Origin: Escherichia coli
GTDB taxonomy: Bacteria > Pseudomonadota > Gammaproteobacteria > Enterobacterales > Enterobacteriaceae
Reading direction: 5' to 3' (one strand)
NCBI RefSeq assembly: GCF_003790525.1
Contig: NZ_CP033635.1
Length of the DNA stretch: 64,000 nucleotides
Made by a program: the position numbers and the translations under genes. This document shows, in pieces, positions 33,519 through 45,221 of the stretch. Under the pieces are notes generated by a model. It made no database searches, was not told where the DNA came from, and saw nothing but the letters and a program-made list of their open reading frames with translations. Position 1 is the stretch's first letter; every line of letters begins with the position of its first letter.

Positions 33519-34808
33519 TTAGCTGAACAGAGAGTAGAAGATTGCGGAGATTGCAATCAGACCCATCACGACAACGAATACGTTGCTGATGTGACCGCTG
33601 TACTTACGCATTGCCGGTACTTTCTGAATTGCGTACATCGGCATCAGGAACAGGATCATCGCGATGATTGGGCCGCCCAGGGTTTCAATCATACCCAGGA
33701 TGCTCGGGTTCAGGGTGGCAACAATCCAGGTCGTTACCAGCATGAACAGCGCAGTGATACGGTTCAGCTTGTTGATTTCGATAGACTTACCTTTACCACG
33801 CAGAGATTTAATCACCATACCGTTGAAGCCTTCACGTGCGCCCAGGTAGTGGCCGAGGAAGGATTTGGTGATAGCGATAATCGCGATAATCGGAGCCATC
33901 CACGCGATGATCGGCGCGTTAAAGTGGTTAGCCAGGTAAGACAGAATCGAGATGTTCTGCTCTTTAGCCGCAGCCAGGTCTGCCGGAGTCAGGCTCAGTA
34001 CGCAGCTGAAGACGAAGAACATTACGGTCAGCACCATCATGATGTGTGCGAATGCCAGGATCTTAGAGCATTTCTGTTCTGCCATATCGCCGTACTCTTC
34101 ACGCTTCGCAACGGCGAAAGAAGAGATGATCGGAGAGTGGTTGAACGAGAACACCATTACCGGAATTGCCAGCCACAGGGTCATCCACAGACCGTTTCCG
34201 GTTGCAGATGCAGTGTCCAGAGACAGTGTTTCCAGTGCTGCGCCGTTCCACTGCGGGATCAGGTACAGAGCCAGCAGCATCAGTACGCCAACAAACGGGA
34301 ATACCAGAATGCTCATCGCTTTAACGATCATCTGCTCACCGAAGCGAACGATGGTCATCATACCCACGATCAGGATCAGCGACAGAATCGCACGCGGCGG
34401 TGGTGTCATACCCAGCTGGTGAGACATGAAGCTTTCAACTGTATTGGTGATTGCCACGCTATAAACCAGCAGGATCGGGTAGATAGCGAAGAAGTAGAGC
34501 AGGGTAATCAGTTTACCTGCGCCAATACCAAAGTGTTCTTCTACAACCTCGGTGATGTCTTCGCCTGGGTTTTTACCAGACAGTACGAAGCGAGTCAGGC
34601 CGCGGTGAGCAAAAAATGTCATCGGGAACGCAAGGATAGCCATGATGATCAGCGGGATCATACCGCCAACACCGGCGTTGATTGGCAGGAACAGCACGCC
34701 CGCGCCGATTGCCGTGCCGTAAAGGCCCAGCATCCACATGGTGTCTGTCTTGCGCCAGGCACTACGAGAGTCTTTCGACGCAATCGTGCTGGTTTGAGTC
34801 GTTTCCAT
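33519..34808 (-). CDS. sdaC: Serine:H+ symporter (HAAAP family)
   Basis: 429-aa polytopic ORF starting [42 protein letters not shown], recognised as SdaC. Confidence 0.97.
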   Translation of the reverse strand: METTQTSTIASKDSRSAWRKTDTMWMLGLYGTAIGAGVLFLPINAGVGGMIPLIIMAILAFPMTFFAHRGLTRFVLSGKNPGEDITEVVEEHFGIGAGKLITLLYFFAIYPILLVYSVAITNTVESFMSHQLGMTPPPRAILSLILIVGMMTIVRFGEQMIVKAMSILVFPFVGVLMLLALYLIPQWNGAALETLSLDTASATGNGLWMTLWLAIPVMVFSFNHSPIISSFAVAKREEYGDMAEQKCSKILAFAHIMMVLTVMFFVFSCVLSLTPADLAAAKEQNISILSYLANHFNAPIIAWMAPIIAIIAITKSFLGHYLGAREGFNGMVIKSLRGKGKSIEINKLNRITALFMLVTTWIVATLNPSILGMIETLGGPIIAMILFLMPMYAIQKVPAMRKYSGHISNVFVVVMGLIAISAIFYSLFS

Positions 34809-35319
34809 CTATTTCTCCTGGAGGAATGCAAATAATTCAGCTTTTAGCCAGTTCAGCCCGGGAAGGTGCCTGACCGTAAAAATGAAATCTGTCTATCGGC
34901 GATGGCTTAATCATTTACCGCCGTAATAATTTGAGGGCGGAAAGATACACACAAGTTATGTATCTATCAGTGATCTTGATCCCAAATACAATAATCTACT
35001 TGGAAGATAGATTATCCCAACGCTTTACTCTGTAAATCAAAAGTAAAAGAGAATTTAAGGGCAATATTTGCCCATTAAACGACATCTGACTTCTTCCGGG
35101 GCGCGCAATATATGTAGGTTGAACTGAAAAAATCAATACTTTTAGTTAATCATGGCGATAATTTCTTTTTCATAGCGATAAAATGTGGTTTATGAAAATA
35201 GGGAAACGTTTGCGTTACAACATAAATTGTATGACATATTAACTATAATGATATTTATCGCGTGAGGGTGGTAAGAAACATTCATATAACAAATGAAATA
35301 AATTGATGGGTATGTGACC

Positions 35320-35355
35320 AAAAACGAGAAAACCCGGCAACAAACGTCACCGGGG
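35320..35355 (-). terminator. Intrinsic terminator after ppnN
   Basis: The minus strand reads cccggtgacgtttgttgccggg followed by ttttctcgttttt, starting 9 nt after the ppnN stop. Confidence 0.6.
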
Positions 35356-35363
35356 GAGGGAGA

Positions 35364-36728
35364 TTACGTGCAGATTTCGTAGCAAGGGATGTAGGCTGAG
35401 CCTGGCAACTTCATACGATGCTGGGCAACAAAACCCTGTAGCAGGTCATCCATACGACGCATAATCTCTTTATCGCCGTTGATTTTATAAGGACCAAACT
35501 CTTCAATGGCGCGAATACCGACTTCTTTTACGTTACCCGCCACAATACCGGAGAACGCACGGCGCAGGTCGGCAGCCAGCACTTCAACGGGTTGATCCGG
35601 GTAAAGCTTCAGATTAGCCATATTCTCGTGAGACGGCTCAAACGGCATTTGCAAATCTGGCGCAATGCGCATTGACCAGTTAAAGCTGTAGGCATCGCCT
35701 GTGTCGCGGCGATTTTCTTTCACCAGCGGCATCGATTTTTTCATCTGACGAGCGACTTCAGCGGCGTCATCAATGATGATGCGGTAATGGCGGCGCGCGT
35801 TTTCACCCAACGTATGCACGACAAACTCGTCCAGTACGCGGAAGTAGTCGGCGCTCTCTTTCGGGCCGGTGAGGAGCAATGGTAAAACCTGATCTTTGTT
35901 GGCCGGGTTCATTAAAATTCCCAGCAAATACAGCAACTCTTCTGCCGTACCCACACCGCCAGGGAAGATAATGATACCGTGAGCGATACGGACAAACGCT
36001 TCCAGACGTTTTTCGATATCCGGCATGATGATCAATTCGTTGACCAGCGGGTTAGGCGGTTCAGCGGCGATAATCGATGGCTCTGTCATACCAATAAAAC
36101 GACTGTCTTTGTAACGCTGCTGTGCGTGTCCGACCGCAGCACCTTTCATTGGCGCTTCCATCGCTCCCGGACCACAGCCGGTGCAGATATTCAGCTCACG
36201 CAGGCCCAGCTGATTCCCGACGCGACGGGCATACAAATACTCGTTTTCGTTAATTGAGTGCCCGCCCCAGCAGACCACCATATTTGGCGCTTCACCAACA
36301 TGCAGCGCGCGAGCGTTACGCAAGATGGAAAAGACCAGGTTAGTGATGTGGACGGAGTTGTCGAGATTCAGGTTGGGAAAACGAACGGTGTTATGGATTT
36401 GCCCGTAAACGAAGAGAATGTCGCGCAGAACCGCGAACAAGTTGGCCTGCAAAGCGCGAATAATTCGCCCATCGACAAAAGCCTCTTCCGGGGGATTAAT
36501 CAGTTCCAGCTTTACGCCGCGTTCACGGCGCAGGACGTTAATATCGAAATTTTCAAAACGAGACAGCAATTCTTTGCTGTTATCGGTCAAACTACCGGAG
36601 TTCAGTACGGCAAGTGAACAGTTGCGAAACAGTTGATAGAGGTCGCTGCTGGCGGTGCGTTTAAGCATATCCACTTCCAGCTGCGACAACATATCCATGG
36701 AGCCAAGCGGGCTAATATGTGTAATCAA
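35364..36728 (-). CDS. ppnN: Pyrimidine/purine nucleotide 5'-monophosphate nucleosidase (LOG family)
   Basis: 454-aa ORF starting [36 protein letters not shown], recognised as PpnN (YgdH). Confidence 0.94.
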   Translation of the reverse strand: MITHISPLGSMDMLSQLEVDMLKRTASSDLYQLFRNCSLAVLNSGSLTDNSKELLSRFENFDINVLRRERGVKLELINPPEEAFVDGRIIRALQANLFAVLRDILFVYGQIHNTVRFPNLNLDNSVHITNLVFSILRNARALHVGEAPNMVVCWGGHSINENEYLYARRVGNQLGLRELNICTGCGPGAMEAPMKGAAVGHAQQRYKDSRFIGMTEPSIIAAEPPNPLVNELIIMPDIEKRLEAFVRIAHGIIIFPGGVGTAEELLYLLGILMNPANKDQVLPLLLTGPKESADYFRVLDEFVVHTLGENARRHYRIIIDDAAEVARQMKKSMPLVKENRRDTGDAYSFNWSMRIAPDLQMPFEPSHENMANLKLYPDQPVEVLAADLRRAFSGIVAGNVKEVGIRAIEEFGPYKINGDKEIMRRMDDLLQGFVAQHRMKLPGSAYIPCYEICT

Positions 36729-36839
36729 GAAAAACTCCTTATGGGACGAATATCGTCATTCCCTTTGATTACAATAGCCCTGCCTGATGACCTTTCACAA
36801 CCTTCTGCGTGAATCCAGCACGCAAAATTGAGAAAAAAT

Positions 36840-37688
36840 TTATTGCCGAACCAGTCTTGTGGTCGATGGGACAAAATCGCTATTACTGCGCCACGGGTTA
36901 ATGTCCAGACCGCCACGACGGGTATAACGTGCGTAAACGCTCAATTTCTCTGGCTGGCAGAAGCGTAACAGGTCATTAAAGATGCGTTCCACGCACTGTT
37001 CGTGGAACTCGTTGTGATGGCGGAAAGAGACCAGGTAACGCAGCAGTTTTTCTCTGTCAATTTGGCGTCCACGATACTGAATTTGGATCGATCCCCAATC
37101 TGGTTGATGGGTGATCAGGCAGTTTGATTTCAGCAGGTGGCTGACGAGCGTCTCTTCTACTACTTTTTCGCCACTGGTGGCATTCTCCAGATAGTCAGTA
37201 GTGAATTCATAGTTATCGATAGTGATATCCTGGTCATCAATGCAAGTGCCATTGAAATGACCTATCGGTTGGCCTTCCAGTTCATCAAGACGATATAACG
37301 CCACGCTAACCTTACCCTGAGCGCAAGTGCTTAAGTCGCGCTCCAGCGTCTGGCGCACCTCATCCCAGTTATTAAAACGCGTCTGGTTAAAACTGTTGAG
37401 ATAGAGCTTAAAACTCTTCGACTCAATCAGATTTGCGCTGGTGTAATCAAGTTCAACATGACCGACGGCGACCTGCGGCAAACCTTTCGCATTCAGCCAG
37501 GAAAGTTCATATAGCGTCCAGATATCCGTACCGTGAAAAGGCAGGTTATCCGCTTTCAGACCCAGCGGATCGCGATTCAGACTACGCGGAACGCCTTGCA
37601 GTAGGCTGGCGTCATAGGTATCCCGGTAATCGGTTGATTTTCCAAGAGTCAGGCCCGCAAGTGCCTGATGGTTTGCATAAGAAGACAT
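36840..37688 (-). CDS. queF: NADPH-dependent 7-cyano-7-deazaguanine (preQ0) reductase
   Basis: 282-aa ORF starting [31 protein letters not shown], recognised as QueF (YqcD). Confidence 0.95.
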
Positions 37689-37755
37689 GTTTCACCGTCA
37701 TAAACCAGATAAACTAAACGACAAGTGTATCTGGTTTAAGTGAAGAGAGAAATTA

Positions 37756-38301
37756 GTGGACGATTTGACCGCACAAGCCCTGAAAGATTTTACTGCACGC
37801 TACTGCGATGCGTGGCATGAAGAGCATAAAAGCTGGCCGTTGAGTGAGGAACTGTACGGTGTTCCTTCACCGTGCATTATTTCAACTACCGAAGATGCCG
37901 TATACTGGCAACCCCAGCCGTTTACCGGGGAACAAAATGTAAACGCGGTTGAACGTGCTTTTGATATTGTGATACAACCCACAATTCATACCTTTTATAC
38001 GACTCAGTTTGCCGGGGATATGCACGCGCAGTTTGGCGATATCAAACTGACATTGCTGCAAACCTGGAGTGAAGACGACTTCCGTCGGGTGCAGGAAAAT
38101 CTGATTGGTCATCTGGTGACTCAGAAAAGGCTAAAACTGCCGCCCACGCTATTTATCGCGACGCTGGAAGAAGAGTTAGAGGTGATCTCGGTGTGTAATC
38201 TCTCCGGTGAAGTGTGCAAAGAGACGCTGGGAACACGTAAACGGACGCATTTAGCCTCAAATCTTGCGGAATTCCTTAATCAACTTAAGCCTCTTCTGTA
38301 A
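37756..38301 (+). CDS. syd: SecY-interacting protein Syd
   Basis: 181-aa ORF with a GTG start at 37756 ([24 protein letters not shown]), recognised as Syd. Confidence 0.93.
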
Positions 38302-38320
38302 TCCAAATACCCCATCTGGT

Positions 38321-38338
38321 TGTGAGAGATCTCTTACA
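38321..38338. promoter_or_regulatory. UvrY (BarA-UvrY) binding inverted repeat upstream of csrB
   Basis: TGTGAGAGATCTCTTACA is the 18-bp near-palindrome I recall as the UvrY/SirA box of csrB. It lies about 190 bp upstream of the csrB 5' end. Confidence 0.75.
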
Positions 38339-38520
38339 GACTCTGTAGGAGATCGCCAGGAAATAAGCGAATACTTAAAAAGATAAGAATCGTTATTTTC
38401 ATTTAAAATCAATATATTGCTTGTCAATTCTTAACTTTCATATGAAATTTTCCTTAAGGCATTGTCTGTAAGCGCCTTGTAAGACTTCGCGAAAAAGACG
38501 ATTCTATCTTCGTCGACAGG

Positions 38521-38877
38521 GAGTCAGACAACGAAGTGAACATCAGGATGATGACACTTCTGAAGGACACACCAGGATGGTGTTTCAGGGAAAGGCTTCT
38601 GGATGAAGCGAAGAGGATGACGCAGGACGCGTTAAAGGACACCTCCAGGATGGAGAATGAGAACCGGTCAGGATGATTCGGTGGGTCAGGAAGGCCAGGA
38701 ACACTTCAGGATGAAGTATCACATCGGGGTGGTGTGAGCAGGAAGCAATAGTTCAGGATGAACGATTGGTCGCAAGGCCAGAGGAAAAGTTGTCAAGGAT
38801 GAGCAGGGAGCAACAAAAGTAGCTGGAATGCTGCGAAACGAACCGGGAGCACTGTGAATACAGTGCTCCCTTTTTTT
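38521..38877 (+). ncRNA. csrB: CsrB sRNA (CsrA-sequestering RNA)
   Basis: It starts GAGTCAGACAACGAAGTGAACATCAGGATGATGAC. I count about 20 GGA triplets, mostly in CAGGAUG/AAGGAC-type motifs. It ends in the gggagcactgtgaatacagtgctccc hairpin plus TTTTTTT. It lies between syd and yqcC. Confidence 0.95.
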
Positions 38878-38922
38878 ATTCCTGCTATCCTTCGCGGCAG
38901 TTTTTCTTATTGAGGTTGCTTT

Positions 38923-39252
38923 ATGACCACTCATGACCGCGTTCGTTTCCAGTTGCAGGCGCTTGAAGCGTTACTGCGTGAACATCAGCACTGGCGAAAC
39001 GATGAACCCCAGCCGCATCAATTTAATAGTACCCAACCGTTCTTTATGGACACCATGGAACCACTGGAGTGGTTGCAGTGGGTGCTGATCCCGCGAATGC
39101 ACGATTTGTTAGAAAACAACCAGCCGTTACCGGGCGCTTTTGCCGTTGCTCCCTATTATGAAATGGCGCTGGCGACGGACCACCCGCAACGCGCGCTTAT
39201 TCTGGCTGAGCTGGAAAAACTGGATGCTCTTTTTGCGGATGATGCGAGCTAA
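38923..39252 (+). CDS. yqcC: DUF446 protein YqcC
   Basis: 109-aa ORF in the syntenic position. Its stop overlaps the truC start (TAATG). Confidence 0.9.
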   Translation: MTTHDRVRFQLQALEALLREHQHWRNDEPQPHQFNSTQPFFMDTMEPLEWLQWVLIPRMHDLLENNQPLPGAFAVAPYYEMALATDHPQRALILAELEKLDALFADDAS

Positions 39253-40034
39253 TGCTGGAAATACTCTATCAGGATGAATGGCTGGTTGCGGTAAATAAAC
39301 CCTCCGGCTGGCTGGTTCACCGCAGCTGGCTGGATCGCGACGAGAAAGTAGTGGTCATGCAAACCGTGCGTGACCAGATAGGCCAGCATGTGTTTACTGC
39401 TCATCGTCTGGACCGACCCACTTCTGGTGTGTTGTTGATGGGATTATCCAGCGAGGCCGGACGGCTGCTGGCACAACAGTTTGAACAGCACCAAATCCAG
39501 AAACGTTACCATGCGATTGTGCGCGGCTGGTTGATGGAAGAAGCGGTGCTGGATTATCCACTGGTGGAAGAACTGGACAAAATCGCTGATAAATTTGCCC
39601 GCGAAGATAAAGGCCCGCAGCCAGCAGTGACGCATTATCGCGGTCTGGCGACCGTAGAAATGCCGGTAGCGACCGGACGTTACCCGACCACGCGCTACGG
39701 CCTGGTGGAACTGGAGCCGAAAACCGGACGTAAGCACCAGCTCCGTCGCCATCTTGCCCATTTGCGCCACCCGATTATTGGCGACAGCAAACATGGTGAT
39801 TTACGCCAGAATCGCAGCGGTGCTGAACATTTTGGCCTTCAGCGGTTAATGCTGCATGCCAGTCAGTTGTCATTGACGCATCCTTTTACTGGCGAGCCGC
39901 TGACTATTCACGCGGGCCTGGACGACACCTGGATGCAGGCGTTATCACAATTTGGCTGGCGGGGTCTGCTTCCTGAAAATGAAAGGGTTGAGTTCAGTGC
40001 GCCATCGGGTCAGGATGGAGAGATAAGTTCCTAA
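39252..40034 (+). CDS. truC: tRNA pseudouridine(65) synthase
   Basis: 260-aa ORF with an RluA-family HRLDRPTSG catalytic motif, recognised as TruC (YqcB). Confidence 0.94.
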   Translation: MLEILYQDEWLVAVNKPSGWLVHRSWLDRDEKVVVMQTVRDQIGQHVFTAHRLDRPTSGVLLMGLSSEAGRLLAQQFEQHQIQKRYHAIVRGWLMEEAVLDYPLVEELDKIADKFAREDKGPQPAVTHYRGLATVEMPVATGRYPTTRYGLVELEPKTGRKHQLRRHLAHLRHPIIGDSKHGDLRQNRSGAEHFGLQRLMLHASQLSLTHPFTGEPLTIHAGLDDTWMQALSQFGWRGLLPENERVEFSAPSGQDGEISS

Positions 40035-40051
40035 TCCAGGGAGAAAACGGT

Positions 40052-40501
40052 ATGGCGGAAATTGGTATTTTTGTCGGCACTATGTACGGAAATTCGCTGT
40101 TAGTGGCGGAAGAAGCGGAAGCAATTCTGACCGCGCAGGGCCACAAAGCAACGGTATTTGAAGATCCTGAATTAAGCGACTGGCTGCCCTATCAGGATAA
40201 GTATGTTCTGGTGGTTACGTCCACGACCGGGCAGGGCGACCTTCCTGATTGCATTGTGCCGCTCTTTCAGGGAATTAAAGATACCCTGGGCTTCCAGCCG
40301 AATCTGCGTTATGGCGTGATTGCGCTCGGCGACAGTAGTTATGTGAATTTCTGCAATGGCGGCAAACAGTTCGATACCTTGTTGCAGGAACAGAGCGCTC
40401 AGCGAGTGGGAGAAATGCTGTTGATTGACGCCAGTGAGAACCCGGAACCGGAAACGGAATCAAATCCGTGGGTCGAACATTGGGGCACGCTGTTGTCCTG
40501 A
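40052..40501 (+). CDS. yqcA: Flavodoxin-like protein YqcA
   Basis: 149-aa ORF starting [23 protein letters not shown] with a [10 protein letters not shown] flavodoxin signature. Confidence 0.92.
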   Translation: MAEIGIFVGTMYGNSLLVAEEAEAILTAQGHKATVFEDPELSDWLPYQDKYVLVVTSTTGQGDLPDCIVPLFQGIKDTLGFQPNLRYGVIALGDSSYVNFCNGGKQFDTLLQEQSAQRVGEMLLIDASENPEPETESNPWVEHWGTLLS

Positions 40502-40553
40502 TACGTTCAGCGAGCGGTAAATGCCGTTTTAGCAGTGCTGAATCGAATCTTTT

Positions 40554-40610
40554 CAGGCAAATGCCAGTAAAAACTGCTTCATAGCGCGGATTTTTACTGG
40601 CGTTTGCCTG
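40554..40610. other. Long imperfect hairpin (20-bp arms, 1 mismatch, 17-nt loop) downstream of yqcA
   Basis: caggcaaatgccagtaaaaa (40554-40573) pairs with tttttactggcgtttgcctg (40591-40610). There is no T-run on either side. Confidence 0.6.
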
Positions 40611-40935
40611 GAGTCAAGCGATCCATTTCATACTCTTCTTTATTTCTTCGATTTAACCCTTCCTTTCTTGTTTTTGTTTTCATTTCCGTGAAGTGGATTC
40701 CACCGTCCAGGGCTAATGCCAAAATCGGGCCTCATTGAACGCATTAATGTTGTGTTGTTGCACGGTGAGCCGCTATGGCGCGCTTTTTATACTGCTATTG
40801 CCAGATATAAACACGCGCCGTATTCGGCGAACGACCTATAAAAACGGCAAAAAACACCCTACGTCACCTCTGATTTCCTGGCGATGTCGCAGTCCAGAGT
40901 GAGCGTGGCTAACGCGAATTTTCAGGAGTGCAACA

Positions 40936-42288
40936 ATGAGTTCTTTAAGTCAGGCTGCGAGCAGTGTGGAAAAACGCACGAATGCTCGTTACTGGATAGT
41001 GGTGATGTTGTTTATCGTCACATCCTTCAACTACGGCGACCGCGCTACGCTCTCTATCGCCGGTTCGGAAATGGCCAAAGATATCGGCCTTGATCCTGTG
41101 GGAATGGGCTATGTGTTCTCTGCTTTCTCATGGGCTTATGTTATCGGGCAGATCCCTGGTGGTTGGTTGCTGGATCGTTTTGGTTCAAAACGCGTCTACT
41201 TCTGGTCGATCTTTATCTGGTCGATGTTTACCTTGCTGCAAGGCTTCGTCGATATCTTTAGTGGATTCGGCATTATCGTTGCCCTGTTTACGCTGCGCTT
41301 CCTGGTCGGGCTTGCTGAAGCGCCCTCTTTCCCCGGCAACAGTCGCATTGTTGCGGCCTGGTTTCCGGCGCAGGAAAGGGGAACGGCGGTGTCGATTTTT
41401 AACTCCGCTCAATACTTCGCAACGGTGATCTTCGCGCCGATTATGGGCTGGCTGACGCATGAAGTGGGCTGGTCACACGTCTTTTTCTTTATGGGCGGTC
41501 TGGGCATTGTCATCAGCTTTATCTGGTTGAAAGTCATCCACGAGCCAAATCAACATCCGGGTGTAAATCAGAAAGAGCTGGAGTACATCGCCGCGGGTGG
41601 CGCGCTGATCAATATGGATCAGCAAAACACCAAAGTTAAAGTGCCGTTCAGCGTGAAGTGGGGGCAGATCAAACAGCTGCTCGGGTCACGGATGATGATC
41701 GGCGTTTATATCGGTCAGTACTGTATCAACGCCCTGACTTACTTCTTTATTACCTGGTTCCCGGTTTATCTGGTGCAGGCGCGTGGGATGTCGATTCTGA
41801 AAGCGGGCTTTGTGGCTTCCGTTCCGGCGGTTTGCGGTTTTATCGGCGGTGTGCTGGGTGGGATTATTTCCGACTGGCTGATGCGCCGCACGGGATCGCT
41901 GAACATTGCGCGTAAAACACCGATCGTAATGGGCATGTTGCTGTCGATGGTGATGGTGTTCTGCAACTACGTCAACGTTGAGTGGATGATCATCGGCTTT
42001 ATGGCGCTGGCCTTCTTCGGTAAGGGCATCGGGGCGCTGGGTTGGGCAGTAATGGCAGATACCGCGCCAAAAGAGATCAGCGGTCTTTCCGGTGGCCTGT
42101 TCAACATGTTCGGTAACATTTCTGGCATCGTCACGCCAATCGCAATTGGTTATATCGTTGGCACGACTGGCTCCTTTAATGGGGCGCTGATTTATGTTGG
42201 TGTTCATGCCTTAATCGCGGTACTGAGCTACCTGGTGTTGGTGGGCGATATCAAGCGTATCGAGTTGAAACCTGTTGCGGGGCAATAA
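40936..42288 (+). CDS. gudP: D-glucarate/galactarate transporter (MFS, ACS family)
   Basis: 450-aa polytopic ORF starting [40 protein letters not shown], recognised as GudP. Confidence 0.96.
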   Translation: MSSLSQAASSVEKRTNARYWIVVMLFIVTSFNYGDRATLSIAGSEMAKDIGLDPVGMGYVFSAFSWAYVIGQIPGGWLLDRFGSKRVYFWSIFIWSMFTLLQGFVDIFSGFGIIVALFTLRFLVGLAEAPSFPGNSRIVAAWFPAQERGTAVSIFNSAQYFATVIFAPIMGWLTHEVGWSHVFFFMGGLGIVISFIWLKVIHEPNQHPGVNQKELEYIAAGGALINMDQQNTKVKVPFSVKWGQIKQLLGSRMMIGVYIGQYCINALTYFFITWFPVYLVQARGMSILKAGFVASVPAVCGFIGGVLGGIISDWLMRRTGSLNIARKTPIVMGMLLSMVMVFCNYVNVEWMIIGFMALAFFGKGIGALGWAVMADTAPKEISGLSGGLFNMFGNISGIVTPIAIGYIVGTTGSFNGALIYVGVHALIAVLSYLVLVGDIKRIELKPVAGQ

Positions 42289-42289
42289 G

Positions 42290-43630
42290 ATGGCGACACA
42301 ATCCAGTCCTGTTATTACTGATATGAAAGTCATTCCGGTGGCCGGGCATGACAGCATGTTGCTTAATATTGGTGGTGCACATAACGCATATTTCACCCGC
42401 AATATTGTGGTACTCACCGATAACGCCGGGCATACCGGCATTGGTGAAGCGCCGGGCGGAGAGGTGATTTATCAGACACTGGTCGAGGCTATTCCGATGG
42501 TGCTGGGCCAGGAAGTTGCGCGCCTGAATAAAGTGGTTCAGCAGGTGCATAAAGGTAATCAGGCAGCCGATTTTGATACCTTCGGCAAAGGTGCCTGGAC
42601 TTTTGAATTGCGCGTTAATGCCGTGGCGGCGCTGGAAGCCGCCTTGCTTGACCTGCTAGGTAAGGCGCTGAATGTTCCGGTCTGCGAACTGTTAGGGCCA
42701 GGCAAGCAACGTGATGCTATTACCGTTCTCGGTTATCTGTTTTATATCGGTGATCGGACCAAAACCGATCTTCCTTATCTGGAAAATACTCCGGGCAACC
42801 ATGAGTGGTATCAATTGCGGCATCAGAAAGCGATGAACAGCGAAGCCGTTGTGCGTCTGGCGGACGCCTCACAGGATCGCTATGGCTTTAAAGATTTCAA
42901 ACTTAAGGGCGGAGTGTTACCTGGCGAGCAAGAAATCGACACTGTTCGTGCATTGAAGAAACGCTTCCCGGATGCGCGGATTACCGTTGATCCCAACGGA
43001 GCATGGCTGCTTGATGAAGCTATTTCTCTGTGCAAAGGGCTGAATGATGTTCTCACCTATGCCGAAGATCCGTGTGGCGCAGAACAGGGTTTCTCCGGAC
43101 GTGAAGTGATGGCGGAATTTCGGCGGGCGACCGGCTTGCCCGTCGCGACTAATATGATCGCCACCAACTGGCGCGAAATGGGCCATGCGGTGATGCTCAA
43201 TGCGGTAGATATTCCACTTGCCGACCCGCACTTCTGGACGCTTTCCGGTGCAGTCCGCGTAGCGCAGCTTTGCGACGACTGGGGGCTGACCTGGGGCTGC
43301 CATTCCAATAACCACTTTGATATCTCTCTGGCGATGTTTACCCATGTGGGCGCGGCGGCACCGGGTAATCCTACCGCTATCGATACCCACTGGATTTGGC
43401 AGGAGGGCGATTGTCGCCTGACCAAAAATCCGCTGGAGATTAAAAATGGAAAAATTGCCGTTCCTGATGCGCCCGGTCTGGGCGTGGAACTGAACTGGGA
43501 GCAGGTACAAAAGGCGCATGAGGCCTATAAACGTCTGCCTGGCGGTGCGCGTAACGACGCGGGCCCGATGCAGTACCTGATCCCCGGCTGGACCTTTGAC
43601 CGTAAACGTCCCGTTTTCGGCCGTCATTGA
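42290..43630 (+). CDS. gudX: Glucarate dehydratase-related protein (enolase superfamily)
   Basis: ORF 42275..43630. The recognised GudX starts [24 protein letters not shown] at 42290 and is 446 aa. Confidence 0.95.
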   Translation: MATQSSPVITDMKVIPVAGHDSMLLNIGGAHNAYFTRNIVVLTDNAGHTGIGEAPGGEVIYQTLVEAIPMVLGQEVARLNKVVQQVHKGNQAADFDTFGKGAWTFELRVNAVAALEAALLDLLGKALNVPVCELLGPGKQRDAITVLGYLFYIGDRTKTDLPYLENTPGNHEWYQLRHQKAMNSEAVVRLADASQDRYGFKDFKLKGGVLPGEQEIDTVRALKKRFPDARITVDPNGAWLLDEAISLCKGLNDVLTYAEDPCGAEQGFSGREVMAEFRRATGLPVATNMIATNWREMGHAVMLNAVDIPLADPHFWTLSGAVRVAQLCDDWGLTWGCHSNNHFDISLAMFTHVGAAAPGNPTAIDTHWIWQEGDCRLTKNPLEIKNGKIAVPDAPGLGVELNWEQVQKAHEAYKRLPGGARNDAGPMQYLIPGWTFDRKRPVFGRH

Positions 43631-43650
43631 TTTTGAAAAAGGACATAAAG

Positions 43651-44991
43651 ATGAGTTCTCAATTTTCGACGCCTGTTGTTACTGAAATGCAGGTCATCCC
43701 GGTGGCGGGCCATGACAGTATGCTGATGAATCTGAGTGGTGCACACGCACCGTTCTTCACGCGTAATATTGTGATTATCAAAGATAATTCTGGTCACACT
43801 GGGGTAGGGGAAATTCCCGGCGGCGAGAAAATCCGTAAAACGCTGGAAGATGCGATTCCGCTGGTGGTGGGTAAAACGCTGGGTGAATACAAAAACGTTC
43901 TGACGCTGGTGCGTAATACATTTGCCGATCGTGATGCCGGCGGGCGCGGTTTGCAGACATTTGACCTGCGGACCACTATTCATGTGGTTACCGGGATAGA
44001 AGCGGCAATGCTGGATCTGCTGGGGCAGCATCTGGGGGTTAACGTGGCATCGCTGCTGGGCGATGGTCAACAGCGTAGCGAAGTCGAAATGCTCGGTTAT
44101 CTGTTCTTCGTCGGTAATCGCAAAGCCACACCGCTGCCGTATCAAAGCCAGCCGGATGATCAATGTGACTGGTATCGCCTGCGTCACGAAGAAGCGATGA
44201 CGCCGGATGCGGTGGTGCGCCTGGCGGAAGCGGCATATGAAAAATATGGCTTCAACGATTTCAAACTGAAGGGCGGTGTACTGGCCGGGGAAGAAGAAGC
44301 AGAGTCTATTGTGGCACTGGCGCAACGCTTCCCACAGGCGCGTATTACCCTCGATCCTAACGGTGCCTGGTCGCTGAACGAAGCGATTAAAATTGGTACA
44401 TACCTGAAAGGTTCGCTGGCTTATGCAGAAGATCCGTGTGGTGCGGAGCAAGGTTTCTCCGGGCGTGAAGTGATGGCAGAGTTCCGTCGCGCGACTGGCC
44501 TGCCGACCGCAACCAATATGATCGCCACCGACTGGCGGCAGATGGGCCATACGCTCTCCCTGCAATCCGTTGATATCCCGCTGGCGGATCCGCATTTCTG
44601 GACGATGCAAGGTTCGGTACGTGTGGCGCAAATGTGCCATGAATTTGGCCTGACCTGGGGTTCACACTCTAACAACCACTTCGATATTTCTCTGGCGATG
44701 TTTACCCATGTAGCCGCTGCTGCACCGGGTAAAATTACTGCTATTGATACGCACTGGATCTGGCAGGAAGGCAATCAGCGTCTGACCAAAGAACCGTTTG
44801 AGATCAAAGGCGGGCTGGTACAGGTGCCGCAAAAACCAGGATTGGGCGTAGAAATCGATATGGATCAGGTGATGAAAGCCCACGAGCTGTATCAGAAACA
44901 TGGGCTTGGTGCGCGTGACGATGCGATGGGAATGCAGTACCTGATTCCTGGCTGGACGTTTGATAACAAGCGCCCGTGCATGGTGCGTTAA
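43651..44991 (+). CDS. gudD: D-glucarate dehydratase (enolase superfamily)
   Basis: ORF 43627..44991. The recognised GudD starts MSSQF(S/T)[19 protein letters not shown] at 43651 and is 446 aa. Confidence 0.96.
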   Translation: MSSQFSTPVVTEMQVIPVAGHDSMLMNLSGAHAPFFTRNIVIIKDNSGHTGVGEIPGGEKIRKTLEDAIPLVVGKTLGEYKNVLTLVRNTFADRDAGGRGLQTFDLRTTIHVVTGIEAAMLDLLGQHLGVNVASLLGDGQQRSEVEMLGYLFFVGNRKATPLPYQSQPDDQCDWYRLRHEEAMTPDAVVRLAEAAYEKYGFNDFKLKGGVLAGEEEAESIVALAQRFPQARITLDPNGAWSLNEAIKIGTYLKGSLAYAEDPCGAEQGFSGREVMAEFRRATGLPTATNMIATDWRQMGHTLSLQSVDIPLADPHFWTMQGSVRVAQMCHEFGLTWGSHSNNHFDISLAMFTHVAAAAPGKITAIDTHWIWQEGNQRLTKEPFEIKGGLVQVPQKPGLGVEIDMDQVMKAHELYQKHGLGARDDAMGMQYLIPGWTFDNKRPCMVR

Positions 44992-45004
44992 GACTGAAAA
45001 CAAA

Positions 45005-45028
45005 AACCGGCTCTGTCAGGAGCCGGTT
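45005..45028. terminator. Hairpin terminator after gudD (possibly bidirectional)
   Basis: aaccggctc-tgtcag-gagccggtt. It is flanked by AAAAA upstream and TTT downstream, so the T-run is stronger when read on the minus strand. Confidence 0.5.
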
Positions 45029-45050
45029 TGAGACTGATGCCAAACGCAAA

Positions 45051-45148
45051 ATTGCCTGTTGCGCTACGTATCAGGCCAACATACTTTTTAATTCATTGAA
45101 TTTAATTGGTTTTGTAGGCAGGATAAGGCGTTAACGCCGCATCCGGCA
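45051..45148. repeat. BIME/RIP-type element: two inverted REPs flanking an IHF-like site
   Basis: attgcctgttgcgctacgtatcaggccaac and gtaggcaggataaggcgttaacgccgcatccggcat are REPs in opposite orientation. The spacer contains ATTCAAtgaaTTA (minus strand), resembling WATCAANNNNTTR. Confidence 0.6.
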
Positions 45149-45221
45149 TAAACACAGGCACTTTGTCACCAGTCTGAAACCAGCTTCATAAAAAGCCGAT
45201 TGCTACTCGACAAGACGTCCG

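Noticed and set aside
40594-40683. A 29-codon basic ORF on the minus strand (MKTKTRKEGLNRRNKEEYEMDRLTPGKRQ) between yqcA and gudP.
   Set aside because: No convincing Shine-Dalgarno is present (GGAA directly abuts the ATG). It is below the ORF-track threshold and I do not recognise the sequence. It cannot be supported without conservation or ribosome-profiling data.
40884-41093. A 69-aa ORF overlapping the gudP start, and other 60-110 aa ORFs in alternative frames of known genes throughout the track.
   Set aside because: They are out-of-frame overlaps with recognised genes and have no independent support.
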